From IMG/VR virus record IMGVR_UViG_3300031992_000018, positions 104,027 through 168,026 of that record: a stretch of 64,000 nt of DNA; one strand, written 5' to 3'. A program made the position numbers and the translations under genes. Of this stretch, positions 1-8,712 are shown piece after piece. Positions within the stretch are counted from its first letter, which is position 1; the number at the start of each line of letters is the position of its first letter. The notes under the pieces are model-generated. The model saw only the letters and a list, made by a program, of their open reading frames with translations, was not told the origin of the DNA and searched no databases. Source of the DNA: a virus (Duplodnaviria; Caudoviricetes).

Positions 1-3
1 TAC

Positions 4-453
4 ATGATTATTGCTTTACGTCAACGTGCTAAGCAAACAATAAAGGCATTTTCAAAACGTCTTGAGGAATATAATTCTATAACAAATTCAAATATTGATT
101 TTCATACATTTTTTGTAGATGTTTTGAATTATTCTGAAGAAGATTATTTGAATTTACTTACTGTTAAAATTAAATTTGAAAAAATAAGAAAAGATAGAGA
201 AACTCCTAAGAAGAAAAAAATAGACCAAAATAAATTAATTGAACATGGAATAGGAGATACAGAAAATCCTGAATATAAAAAATACTGGGATATTTTTACA
301 GACTATAATGAAAATTATCTTGGAGATGAATCTATTAAAGGTAAAAAATGCTTAAAGCAATATTTTATTTATAAATATAATTATGATGAAGATAAAGCTT
401 ATGCTGAATCTAGAAAAATAACATCTATAATTTTTAAAAAGAAAAAGAAGTAA
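4..453 (+). CDS. Hypothetical protein, probably 5'-truncated by the window edge
   Basis: Open frame from the window start; stop abuts the next gene; no recognisable motif. Confidence 0.6.
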   Translation: MIIALRQRAKQTIKAFSKRLEEYNSITNSNIDFHTFFVDVLNYSEEDYLNLLTVKIKFEKIRKDRETPKKKKIDQNKLIEHGIGDTENPEYKKYWDIFTDYNENYLGDESIKGKKCLKQYFIYKYNYDEDKAYAESRKITSIIFKKKKK

Positions 454-455
454 TT

Positions 456-1079
456 ATGGATAAGAGAGAATTTATTAGTTATCTTGGTGGTATTAGTGAT
501 ATTGAAATTGGTATTCGTAAAGAAGCTGCAAGTGTTCATGAAAATGTAAATCAACATTATGATGAACATCCTTATTTCTATCATCTTAATAAGGTTGCTA
601 CTAATGTAATTAAATTTGGTTATGAAATTATTACTAAAAAAGAAGATATTCTCCCTGTTCTTTTCAGCTCATATTTTCATGACTCTATTGAAGATGCAAG
701 ACTTACTTATAATGATGTAAGGAAAATTGCAGAGAAGTATATGACTGAAGAACAGGCATTTCTTGCTGTCGAGATTATATATGCTCTTACTAATGAAAAG
801 GGAAGGAATAGACATGAAAGAGCAAATGATAAATATTACGCAGGTATTCGTGATATTCCTTATGCTCCTCTTGTAAAAGCATGTGACCGCCTTTCTAATT
901 ATAACTTTGCTAAAGAAACAAAGTCTAGAATGGTAAAGATGTATGAAAAAGAAATGGATAATTTTATTAAAGCTATTTCACCACAAGATGAATATGAAAA
1001 ATATCCTGGAGTTGTACCAATCGATAAAAGATTTACTTTAACTGAAGAATTAATCTCAGCTCTTATGAGTACAGAATAA
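456..1079 (+). CDS. HD-domain hydrolase, RelA/SpoT hydrolase (Mesh1/small alarmone hydrolase)-like
   Basis: H..Q.Y...PY..H, FHDSIED and VKACDRLSN motifs typical of HD_4 proteins. Confidence 0.8.
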   Translation: MDKREFISYLGGISDIEIGIRKEAASVHENVNQHYDEHPYFYHLNKVATNVIKFGYEIITKKEDILPVLFSSYFHDSIEDARLTYNDVRKIAEKYMTEEQAFLAVEIIYALTNEKGRNRHERANDKYYAGIRDIPYAPLVKACDRLSNYNFAKETKSRMVKMYEKEMDNFIKAISPQDEYEKYPGVVPIDKRFTLTEELISALMSTE

Positions 1080-1098
1080 TGTTTGTTGTTTTAATTAC

Positions 1099-1130
1099 AA
1101 AAAAAGAGGTTCATTATTGAACCTCTTTTA
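1099..1130. terminator. Bidirectional intrinsic terminator
   Basis: A-tract, gaggttca-ttat-tgaacctc hairpin, T-tract, between convergent genes. Confidence 0.8.
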
Positions 1131-1132
1131 AA

Positions 1133-2020
1133 TTAATCATGATACCATTTAGGAGGATTTTTTTGTAAAGGAGATTCTTTAAACATACGTAGCATATTTG
1201 TAACATTACTTACATTCCACTTTGATATATCCCCATTAAATTTAGAATTTAAAAACATACAATACATATTAGTAACTTTACTTACATCCCAAGATGATAT
1301 ATCTCCATTAAATTCAGTCTTACTAAACATACTTGCCATACTTGTAACATTACTTACATCCCATTTTGATATATCACCATTAAATTTAGAATTATAAAAC
1401 ATACTATTCATACCTGTAACATTGCTTACATTCCAAGATGATATATCACTATTAAAATCAGAATCACAAAACATTGCCGACATATCAGTAACATTACTTA
1501 CATCCCAAGAAGATATATCTCCATTAAATGATGAATAATAAAACATCTGTGACATATCAGTAACATTACTTACATCCCAAGAAGATATATTTCCATTAAA
1601 TAATGAATGATAAAACATAGAAATCATATCTTTAACATTACTTACATCCCAAGATGATATATCACCATTAAATTCAGAACCAGAAAACATTCTTTGCATA
1701 TTAGTAACATTACTTACATCCCAAGATGATATATTTCCATTAAATTTAGAATTATAGAACATACTATCCATATTAGTAACATTACTTACATCCCAAGATG
1801 ATATATTTCCATTAAATTTAGAATTATAGAACATACTATCCATATTAGTAACATTACTTACATCAATATCATTTAAATCAGCCTTATTTCCTCTTTCTTC
1901 AATAAGTTTATCTACTAAAGATTTAAGTTCATCTCTATCTTTAGGTTGATAATTATGTATTGGTTTAATATTTTTATTAAGATGAAGTTTTTCAAATAAG
2001 TAATTATTTAATTCTTTCAT
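1133..2020 (-). CDS. DUF285/BspA-type repeat protein with MK..EKLHLNK leader
   Basis: Nine 24-aa FNGxISxWDVSNVTxMxxMF repeats (72-bp period); N-terminus MKELNNYLFEKLHLNKNIK. Confidence 0.85.
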   Translation of the reverse strand: MKELNNYLFEKLHLNKNIKPIHNYQPKDRDELKSLVDKLIEERGNKADLNDIDVSNVTNMDSMFYNSKFNGNISSWDVSNVTNMDSMFYNSKFNGNISSWDVSNVTNMQRMFSGSEFNGDISSWDVSNVKDMISMFYHSLFNGNISSWDVSNVTDMSQMFYYSSFNGDISSWDVSNVTDMSAMFCDSDFNSDISSWNVSNVTGMNSMFYNSKFNGDISKWDVSNVTSMASMFSKTEFNGDISSWDVSKVTNMYCMFLNSKFNGDISKWNVSNVTNMLRMFKESPLQKNPPKWYHD

Positions 2021-2041
2021 TATATGTATAATATATTATTA

Positions 2042-2054
2042 TATATAAAAATAA
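2042..2054 (-). promoter_or_regulatory. Putative late promoter TTATTTTTATATA
   Basis: Same 13-mer recurs shortly upstream of leader-bearing and structural operons, always in the sense orientation. Confidence 0.65.
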
Positions 2055-2082
2055 AAAAGAGGTTCATTTATTGAACCTCTTT
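2053..2082. terminator. Intrinsic terminator, near-identical copy of 1099-1130
   Basis: aaaaaagaggttca-tttat-tgaacctcttt. Confidence 0.75.
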
Positions 2083-2101
2083 CTATTTATATTTTAGTAA
2101 A

Positions 2102-3379
2102 TTATTTTTCAAGCATTGCAAGTTCTTTAGCTGCTTTATTAAGAAGAGTAATCTTAACAGGATCATTCTTATATTGTTCTGCTAAAAGAGCAATCTTCTT
2201 TCTTCTTGCTGCGAATGCTGCTTCTTTATCAGCTTCAAGTTGTTCCTTGATTTGCTGATATTTTTCGGGATCAGCTTTCTTACAATCTTCATTGATTCTA
2301 TTTTCATAAACTTCTTTAAGATCAATACCTGTTACTTTAATAACATCCTTAAGAGCTTCTACCATAAAATCATAAGATTTAACTGAAGTACCAGCATTAA
2401 GTGAACGGTTAACTGAAAGAACTACATTATTACCTTCGATAATTGTGCAAATTTCACCTGTAGATGTCTGAAGAACATTAACATTATCAAGAGCGCGTAC
2501 ATTATCATAAGCTTCAAATACTTCTGCAATAGCACTTGTAACATTCATCCAATTCATCTTTTCATTTAATGACATTGGTTTAGAAACTGTATTACAATAC
2601 TGAATAAAATCAGCTGCATTACTAAAGCTTTCTTTAAGATCACCTTTTGTAAATACAAGACCTTCATCAGTTAAAGTAAATCTTGCTGTATCTCCATGAG
2701 TACCTTTATATTCATAGAAAATAGAATTATCTTCTCTAGAGAAACTTTCAAGAAGAGCATTAATTCTCTTGAATTTAATATCATCACAAACAGCTTCAGT
2801 AATATTATTTTCTTCATCTCTCTTATAAGTTTTACCAAGAACTGAGAAATAAGAATCTTTCTTATCTTCACTTTCTGTAACTACTACATAAGAAATAGGA
2901 GTTGTAACAACATATGTAGGAGCATGCATTTCATTAAGAGTTGAAGCATAAACATTCTTAAGAATCTGTCTAAATTCAGGAATAAATGTAAGGTTCTTCA
3001 TTGCACCAGCTTTAAGATATGATACAACTTCACTTTCATTCATTTCAAGAAGTTTATCTACTTGTTCAAGTCCCATCTTTGAAAGATAACCATAACTTGA
3101 ATTATTAGCATTGATTGATTCACAAGCTGTTGCAAGTTGCCAAGAAATATTATTTTCTTTAATAAAACTATTAACAGATTCTAAAATTCCTACCAAACCT
3201 GCATCGAAACTAAATTTAGCTGCTTCTTTAATAAAGCCATTAACGATACCACAGGTAACTGGATTAGAATAAATATATCCTCTGTAGTTTTGTAACATTT
3301 CTTTACCTGCTTCGGTAACTGCTTCAGTTCCGTTTATCTTACTTGCGAAGTCCAGGTTTTTTAGTAATTTTATATTCAT
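2102..3379 (-). CDS. Conserved-looking phage protein, possibly a head/core structural protein
   Basis: 425 aa; late-promoter variant at 3434-3446; several L/I-x-E sites; C-terminal coiled coil. Confidence 0.5.
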   Translation of the reverse strand: MNIKLLKNLDFASKINGTEAVTEAGKEMLQNYRGYIYSNPVTCGIVNGFIKEAAKFSFDAGLVGILESVNSFIKENNISWQLATACESINANNSSYGYLSKMGLEQVDKLLEMNESEVVSYLKAGAMKNLTFIPEFRQILKNVYASTLNEMHAPTYVVTTPISYVVVTESEDKKDSYFSVLGKTYKRDEENNITEAVCDDIKFKRINALLESFSREDNSIFYEYKGTHGDTARFTLTDEGLVFTKGDLKESFSNAADFIQYCNTVSKPMSLNEKMNWMNVTSAIAEVFEAYDNVRALDNVNVLQTSTGEICTIIEGNNVVLSVNRSLNAGTSVKSYDFMVEALKDVIKVTGIDLKEVYENRINEDCKKADPEKYQQIKEQLEADKEAAFAARRKKIALLAEQYKNDPVKITLLNKAAKELAMLEK

Positions 3380-3473
3380 AGTTTTAATATATTTGGTATA
3401 TTTATAGAATTTGTAGATTAATTCTACTTTTTATATATAATAATAAAATAATTTTAAAATGTATGATTATTTA

Positions 3474-3695
3474 TTATATTTTTGTTTTAATATCTTTAAT
3501 GTCACCAATTTTAATAACAATTGTATTTTCACTACATTTTGCTATTTCCCAATCATCAATTTGATTCCATTCATCAAAATCATCATCATCTGGTCTATGC
3601 CAAAAGAATTTACCTCTTAAATCAACTTCTAAAATATATCCTTTACCATTATTATTTATATTTTCATTTAAAAGGAGTTCAACTAAATTTTTCAT
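3474..3695 (-). CDS. Small leader-bearing protein (MKNLVELLLNE)
   Basis: Shared N-terminal motif; tight operon packing. Confidence 0.65.
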   Translation of the reverse strand: MKNLVELLLNENINNNGKGYILEVDLRGKFFWHRPDDDDFDEWNQIDDWEIAKCSENTIVIKIGDIKDIKTKI

Positions 3696-3719
3696 AATTA
3701 TATTATATATTTATTTATT

Positions 3720-4007
3720 TTATACTTTCCAACCAACTGATGTACCAACAGCAGTAAGTATAAGTCTTGATGTAAATAAACTTCCAAGAGGACCAGTTTC
3801 GTTAATACCAAGAGCCTTACAAATTGCTTTCATAACTTTAGGGCCAAATGTAGCACCAGTAATACCACCAACTATAGATCCTATAATTCCTTCTTCAATT
3901 GGAATATTATTTTCTTTAGCCTCTTGAAGTTTAGCAATTACATTATCATAAGTTAATTCCTCTGTAATAGGAGTTTCAGTATTTATAAAATCTTCTAATT
4001 TTTTCAT
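3720..4007 (-). CDS. Small leader-bearing protein with Gly-rich hydrophobic C-terminal part
   Basis: MKKLEDFINTE...IEEGIIGSIVGGITGATFG. Confidence 0.7.
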   Translation of the reverse strand: MKKLEDFINTETPITEELTYDNVIAKLQEAKENNIPIEEGIIGSIVGGITGATFGPKVMKAICKALGINETGPLGSLFTSRLILTAVGTSVGWKV

Positions 4008-4012
4008 ATTAA

Positions 4013-4441
4013 TTATTTAATGATTTTATCTATATCAAAATCAAATTCATCTTTATTATCAACTAAATTCTTTATAATTTCATCTTTTGTTCCTATAAAA
4101 ACTTGATTATCTTCTTCAGAATTTCCAGCAATAGCATTTAATCCAGGACGATAAAAAATATAACTTGTTTCATCATATATATTTTTAAAAATTAAATCAC
4201 CAACCTTAGGTTTATTATTACCTTTATCAGCAAAATAATTACTATTATCATATATAAAGTATTCTTCAATAAATTCTTTCATAGAAGAACCTTCTTTAAA
4301 ATCATCATTTGTTAATATATGATAAGGTTCAATCTCTTTAATTAATTTATTTAATTTACTTTGTGCATTGATTTCTTTATAATCAATTATATAATATATA
4401 TCTTTTTTTGTTTCTAAAATATAATCTTTTAAACTTTTCAT
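4013..4441 (-). CDS. Leader-bearing hypothetical protein (MKSLKDYILE)
   Basis: Shared N-terminal motif. Confidence 0.7.
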   Translation of the reverse strand: MKSLKDYILETKKDIYYIIDYKEINAQSKLNKLIKEIEPYHILTNDDFKEGSSMKEFIEEYFIYDNSNYFADKGNNKPKVGDLIFKNIYDETSYIFYRPGLNAIAGNSEEDNQVFIGTKDEIIKNLVDNKDEFDFDIDKIIK

Positions 4442-4461
4442 ATTAATTATTTAATAATTTT

Positions 4462-5232
4462 TTATAGTTTTTTACCAAGATTATTTATTGGATGAGGAAA
4501 TTCATTTTTCTTTGCAAGTTCTTCTAAATCTTTTTCATACTTCTCTTTTTCAAAAACAATTGTAAATAAGAAAGTATAAAGATCATCAAGATTATCAATA
4601 GCAACATCAAGTACTTGAGCCCAAGTAATTTCTTTTCTCTTTTCAAGTTTAGTTAAAGTATCTGCTGCATTAAGTAAAGAATTTTTTATAGAACATTCTT
4701 TACCATTAGTACCCATATGTTTAATAGCAAATAATTGAATATCACCATTAGCTCTTAATAAAAGTACAGGTTCTGATAATTTTTCATCTTTACATATAGA
4801 TAATATATCATTTCTTAATTTAGGACTCATACACATATTTCCCATATTAGAACATGGTTCATAAAATACAAGTGGTTCTGAATTGCTTCTTTGATATTCA
4901 TCATTGAATCTGCATTTATAACTAAATTCTCCATGTGCATTATATAAATCCATTACTTTAGGATAACCTGAAAAAATCTGTGTATATTTTGTAACAGGAT
5001 CTAATGGAGTACATGAACTAGGTTCTAAAGTATTTGCACATGGAACGCAAGGATCAACAGTACATGATGCTTCACCAGGAATATCACATCCATAAGAGCA
5101 ACCATCATCACAACATCCACAACATTCAGTTATTTCATATCCTTCAAGATTAGAAAGTTTTTCTACAATATTCTTATCTAATCCCTTTAAACATATATAT
5201 TGATTATTTATATATTCAGATAATTTTTTCAT
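4462..5232 (-). CDS. Leader-bearing protein with Cys-rich segment
   Basis: MKKLSEYINN; ITECCGCCDDGCSYGC...CTVDPCVPC. Confidence 0.7.
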   Translation of the reverse strand: MKKLSEYINNQYICLKGLDKNIVEKLSNLEGYEITECCGCCDDGCSYGCDIPGEASCTVDPCVPCANTLEPSSCTPLDPVTKYTQIFSGYPKVMDLYNAHGEFSYKCRFNDEYQRSNSEPLVFYEPCSNMGNMCMSPKLRNDILSICKDEKLSEPVLLLRANGDIQLFAIKHMGTNGKECSIKNSLLNAADTLTKLEKRKEITWAQVLDVAIDNLDDLYTFLFTIVFEKEKYEKDLEELAKKNEFPHPINNLGKKL

Positions 5233-5283
5233 ATCTTAATATTATATAATTTTCTATTAAACTTTAGAAAATGTAGTAATTCT
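5227..5283 (-). repeat. Diverged copy of the 6385-6440 junction (3' end of the DUF4494-like gene plus start of leader)
   Basis: tttcatatcttaatattatataattttctattaaactttagaaaatgtagtaattct aligns with tttcatatcttatattatataattttccattgagtttcagaaactgtagtgattct. Confidence 0.75.
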
Positions 5284-5286
5284 AAT

Positions 5287-5634
5287 TTATTTTACTAATT
5301 CTAATACTTTAGCTATAACCTTTTTAAAGATTTCACCAGCCTTTTCAGGTTCATTTTTAAATAATTGTAAACAAACTGCACTATGATAAGCATCATATAT
5401 TTTATTATTTATTTCTTTATCCCATTTTGGAGATTCAAAATAAACATCTAAAGCATTCATAGCTACATCATGAATCTTATTTACATCATCATTATTTTTA
5501 ACATCTAAATCTTTAACATCATCATATTGAGATGATAATTCATTAACCGATATTGCTTTATTTTCATTTATATTAAAATCAATATCAATTGTATTTGCAC
5601 TTGCATTGTTTAAATATTCATTTAAGCTTTTCAT
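5287..5634 (-). CDS. Leader-bearing hypothetical protein (MKSLNEYLN)
   Basis: Shared N-terminal motif. Confidence 0.7.
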   Translation of the reverse strand: MKSLNEYLNNASANTIDIDFNINENKAISVNELSSQYDDVKDLDVKNNDDVNKIHDVAMNALDVYFESPKWDKEINNKIYDAYHSAVCLQLFKNEPEKAGEIFKKVIAKVLELVK

Positions 5635-5654
5635 ATCTTTATATTATTTATTTA
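5609..5654 (-). repeat. 46-bp direct repeat of 5839-5884 (one mismatch)
   Basis: tttaaatattcatttaag[c/t]ttttcatatctttatattatttattta. Confidence 0.85.
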
Positions 5655-5864
5655 ATCAAAATATCCACAAGCATCCATTTCATCATAAAGTTCTTCTAAA
5701 GTTTTGTCTGTAAATGTATCCCACAAAAGATTTAAAATTTCTTCTGTATCTAATTTAGAAAAAGCTTTATTCATTTTTTCTTTATAATTATCTCTTTCTG
5801 ATTGAGACCATTCATTAATTACTTGTTCATCAGTATGATTTAAATATTCATTTAAGTTTTTCAT
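5652..5864 (-). CDS. Small leader-bearing protein (MKNLNEYLN)
   Basis: Shared N-terminal motif; VINE site. Confidence 0.7.
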   Translation of the reverse strand: MKNLNEYLNHTDEQVINEWSQSERDNYKEKMNKAFSKLDTEEILNLLWDTFTDKTLEELYDEMDACGYFD

Positions 5865-5906
5865 ATCTTTATATTATTTATTTATATAATTTTCCATTGA
5901 GTTTCA
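5838..5906 (-). repeat. Copy of the 6364-6423 junction
   Basis: 5838-5869 is identical to 6364-6395 (32 nt); 5882-5906 is identical to 6399-6423 (25 nt, the last codons of the 6399..6800 gene). Confidence 0.85.
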
Positions 5907-5910
5907 TAAA

Positions 5911-6390
5911 TTAATCCCAAGCGGCATCATCATATTCTTTTGTTCTTCTTATATTTTTATAACCATTATCAGTATATGAAAGTTTAGTATAAAGATTATT
6001 TATTAATTCATAAATAAATCCATAAGGTTTTCCAGGATCTTTTCTTTCAGAACATTGATACTGCCAACTGTCTAGCCATTTTAATATTTGTACCTCTGAA
6101 ACTTTTTCTTTAGGTTCAGAATATTTAAATGTAGATTTTGCTGCTTCTGATTTTCCATATCTATAACTTATTGCACGACGATTACAATTATATAAATCAT
6201 TTGCAATTGTTTGTTCATCTGCATCATCATACCATTTTATGTATGTTTTAGTAATTTTTGAAAGTAAATCAGATTTATTTATAAATAAGTCATGAATATA
6301 TTTTGCTAATTGATTAATTACTTCATCACTTTCCATAAATGCAGATTCATTAATGAGTGATTCATTTAAATATTCATTTAAGTTTTTCAT
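5911..6390 (-). CDS. Leader-bearing protein (MKNLNEYLNESLINE)
   Basis: Shared N-terminal motif; N..AI..RY and W.YQCSE motifs. Confidence 0.7.
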   Translation of the reverse strand: MKNLNEYLNESLINESAFMESDEVINQLAKYIHDLFINKSDLLSKITKTYIKWYDDADEQTIANDLYNCNRRAISYRYGKSEAAKSTFKYSEPKEKVSEVQILKWLDSWQYQCSERKDPGKPYGFIYELINNLYTKLSYTDNGYKNIRRTKEYDDAAWD

Positions 6391-6398
6391 ATCTTATA

Positions 6399-6800
6399 TT
6401 ATATAATTTTCCATTGAGTTTCAGAAACTGTAGTGATTCTCATATTATCAAGACCTTGTTTAAGATAAAGGTCAAGAATCTTTTGAAGTTCTGTATTGTT
6501 ATTAGCATAAAAAGGAACAGGATATTTAAGAGTCTTTATTGTTCCATCTTCCTGTTCTACTTCTTCTGCAAATTTTACTATAAATACTTTGCATGTTTCT
6601 TGATATTCTATATTACCAGCTGGTTTAAGATTCTTCATAAGACATACATCTTCAATCTCTCCTTCACCATTTAAATATTTTAATACAGCATATCCTGCTT
6701 CTGCAAAATTATTTTGATCACTAAGATAATACTCAGTGATAGGTTTTTCTTTACCTTTAGTGGTTAATATATTTCTACTTACCTTAACTCTGTACCACAT
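6399..6800 (-). CDS. DUF4494-like protein (Bacteroidota family)
   Basis: MWYRVKV...GKEKPITEYYL....FAEA...VSET pattern resembles DUF4494. Confidence 0.6.
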   Translation of the reverse strand: MWYRVKVSRNILTTKGKEKPITEYYLSDQNNFAEAGYAVLKYLNGEGEIEDVCLMKNLKPAGNIEYQETCKVFIVKFAEEVEQEDGTIKTLKYPVPFYANNNTELQKILDLYLKQGLDNMRITTVSETQWKII

Positions 6801-6812
6801 AATTATTATATA

Positions 6813-7247
6813 TTATATACTTTCTAAATCTATCCATCCGTATTTGCTACTATCTAATTTATCCTGAATTTTTTCAATAAAATCAATAAAAGAATAAATT
6901 ACATAATCTCTTGATGGATCAAATTCATCATCATCACCTTTATAATATTTAATATCATCTAAATCTGGATAAAGATTATTTATATATTTTTTAAAAATTT
7001 CTATTTCCATTTTTAATTCATCTTCTCTTTCTTTAGATTTATAGTTAGTTTCAAAATCTTCTCTTCTTTGAATACTTAAAAACTCTCCAATAGATTTATC
7101 ATCATTATTTATTATAAAAAATTGTTCACCACTAACACCATTATCGTCATAATGATACTGGAAAACTAATAATTTAATATCATCTATTTTTATATTTTTA
7201 TTAAGATGAAGTTTTTCTGAAATTAAATATTCATTTAAAGTTTTCAT
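6813..7247 (-). CDS. Leader-bearing protein (MKTLNEYLISEKLHLNK)
   Basis: Shared extended N-terminal motif. Confidence 0.7.
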   Translation of the reverse strand: MKTLNEYLISEKLHLNKNIKIDDIKLLVFQYHYDDNGVSGEQFFIINNDDKSIGEFLSIQRREDFETNYKSKEREDELKMEIEIFKKYINNLYPDLDDIKYYKGDDDEFDPSRDYVIYSFIDFIEKIQDKLDSSKYGWIDLESI

Positions 7248-7254
7248 ATATTAT

Positions 7255-7587
7255 TTATTTATTTATTTCATTATATCTTTCAATTATATCTAATAGTAAT
7301 TGTTTATTAGATATTGGATAAAACATTCTATCAATATAGATTCCAATAATATCTTTTGGTGCTGCAATATCTAATTCTTTATCAATCATATTTATTGTAT
7401 ACCATGAATAATCATTTCCTTCTTTTAAAAGAATTTTAGGTAATTGATCAGAATTACTTTTATTTGCATCATATCTATTTGTTCTATCGATTACTTTTTT
7501 ACATGCTTCATCTTTTTCTAAAATAGATTTTACAAATGCAAAAAAAGAATTTTTTCCTTCAGTTATATATTCATTTAAATTCTTCAT
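7255..7587 (-). CDS. Leader-bearing protein (MKNLNEYITE)
   Basis: Shared motif; late promoter at 7606-7618. Confidence 0.7.
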   Translation of the reverse strand: MKNLNEYITEGKNSFFAFVKSILEKDEACKKVIDRTNRYDANKSNSDQLPKILLKEGNDYSWYTINMIDKELDIAAPKDIIGIYIDRMFYPISNKQLLLDIIERYNEINK

Positions 7588-7678
7588 TATATTATATAAT
7601 CTAATTAAATAAAAATAAAATCTTTTGAATTATATTATCAAAATTATCTATAATACATTATCTAAATTAATTAATAAA

Positions 7679-7876
7679 ATGAAAAAAATATTTGTTTTAA
7701 TTATATCATTACTTTGTTTATTTGGTTGTTCTTCACAAGAAAGAGGTTCTAATGGAATTTCTGTTGAAAAGTTTACTTATGAACAACATGACTATTTGAT
7801 GTTTTACACAATAACTGGTCATTTTACTGGAGTAGAACATGATCCAAATTGTTGGTGTATGAATGATTATGATTAA
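7679..7876 (+). CDS. Small lipoprotein
   Basis: Start moved to MKKIFVLIISLLCLFGC, a signal peptide with lipobox. Confidence 0.65.
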   Translation: MKKIFVLIISLLCLFGCSSQERGSNGISVEKFTYEQHDYLMFYTITGHFTGVEHDPNCWCMNDYD

Positions 7877-7888
7877 ATTTTATATAAT

Positions 7889-8053
7889 ATGAGTAAATAT
7901 CCTAAAATGACACATTATCCATTACCAACTTCTATTAATGGAGAAATTTTTGAACCAGAAAAATATGAGAAATGTATTCAAGTAGAAGTCAATAAAGATG
8001 GTTCAATAGATACTTATGATTTTAATACATGTAAACATTTAGAAAGATATTAA
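7889..8053 (+). CDS. Small hypothetical protein (54 aa, not in the ORF track)
   Basis: ATG 7889 to TAA 8053 fills the gap between neighbours. Confidence 0.5.
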   Translation: MSKYPKMTHYPLPTSINGEIFEPEKYEKCIQVEVNKDGSIDTYDFNTCKHLERY

Positions 8054-8054
8054 T

Positions 8055-8699
8055 ATGGAAATTACACTTGTTACAACATTTGATTTAAGTCAAGATATTA
8101 CTCTTGATGCTTATAATGAAGATGAAAAAGTAGGTACTGCTGTTATAAAAAATAGTGAACTTACTTATTATAATCTTTTGACTCATACTGATGAAAAGTT
8201 TACTGAAGATAATCTTAATGAATTTATAGATTTTGTTTCTGAATTTAATCTTAAATTTAAAAAGGTATGGGATAGAAAATGGATAAAATATAATCCAAAT
8301 CCTCAGAATAATAACACTGGTGACTGTTCAATTAGAGCTTATTGTAAAGCTGAAAATCTTGAATGGAATACAGCATATGATATGGCCACTAAAGTAGGTA
8401 AAGAAATGTCAATGATTTGTGATGACCATAAAGTAGTTGATAAGATACTTACTGAAAAATTTGGTTATACTTATTACAAAGGAGATCATTGTTTTGTAAA
8501 AGATACTGATGGTAAAGGTAAACTTGAGAAAGGAAAAAAGAAAACAATTAATGAGTTTGCTATTGAACATCCTAAAGGAAAATATATTCTATGGGTTCAT
8601 GCTCATGTAGTTACAGTAATTGATGGATATTATTATGACTCTTGGGATAGTGGAAATAAAAAGATAAATGGTTATTATACAAAAGAAAAAGAGAGGTAA
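8055..8699 (+). CDS. Phage protein with papain-like Cys-His-Asp peptidase-type motif
   Basis: GDCSIRA...HVVTVIDGYYYDSWDSG. Confidence 0.6.
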   Translation: MEITLVTTFDLSQDITLDAYNEDEKVGTAVIKNSELTYYNLLTHTDEKFTEDNLNEFIDFVSEFNLKFKKVWDRKWIKYNPNPQNNNTGDCSIRAYCKAENLEWNTAYDMATKVGKEMSMICDDHKVVDKILTEKFGYTYYKGDHCFVKDTDGKGKLEKGKKKTINEFAIEHPKGKYILWVHAHVVTVIDGYYYDSWDSGNKKINGYYTKEKER

Positions 8700-8712
8700 A
8701 AACCTCTCTTTT
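8687..8712. terminator. Bidirectional terminator
   Basis: aaaagagaggt-aaaa-acctctctttt. Confidence 0.75.

Noticed and set aside
1200-1870. CRISPR array (72-bp periodicity; also about 59500-59990)
   Set aside because: The period is an in-frame 24-aa DUF285 repeat; no unique spacers or cas genes
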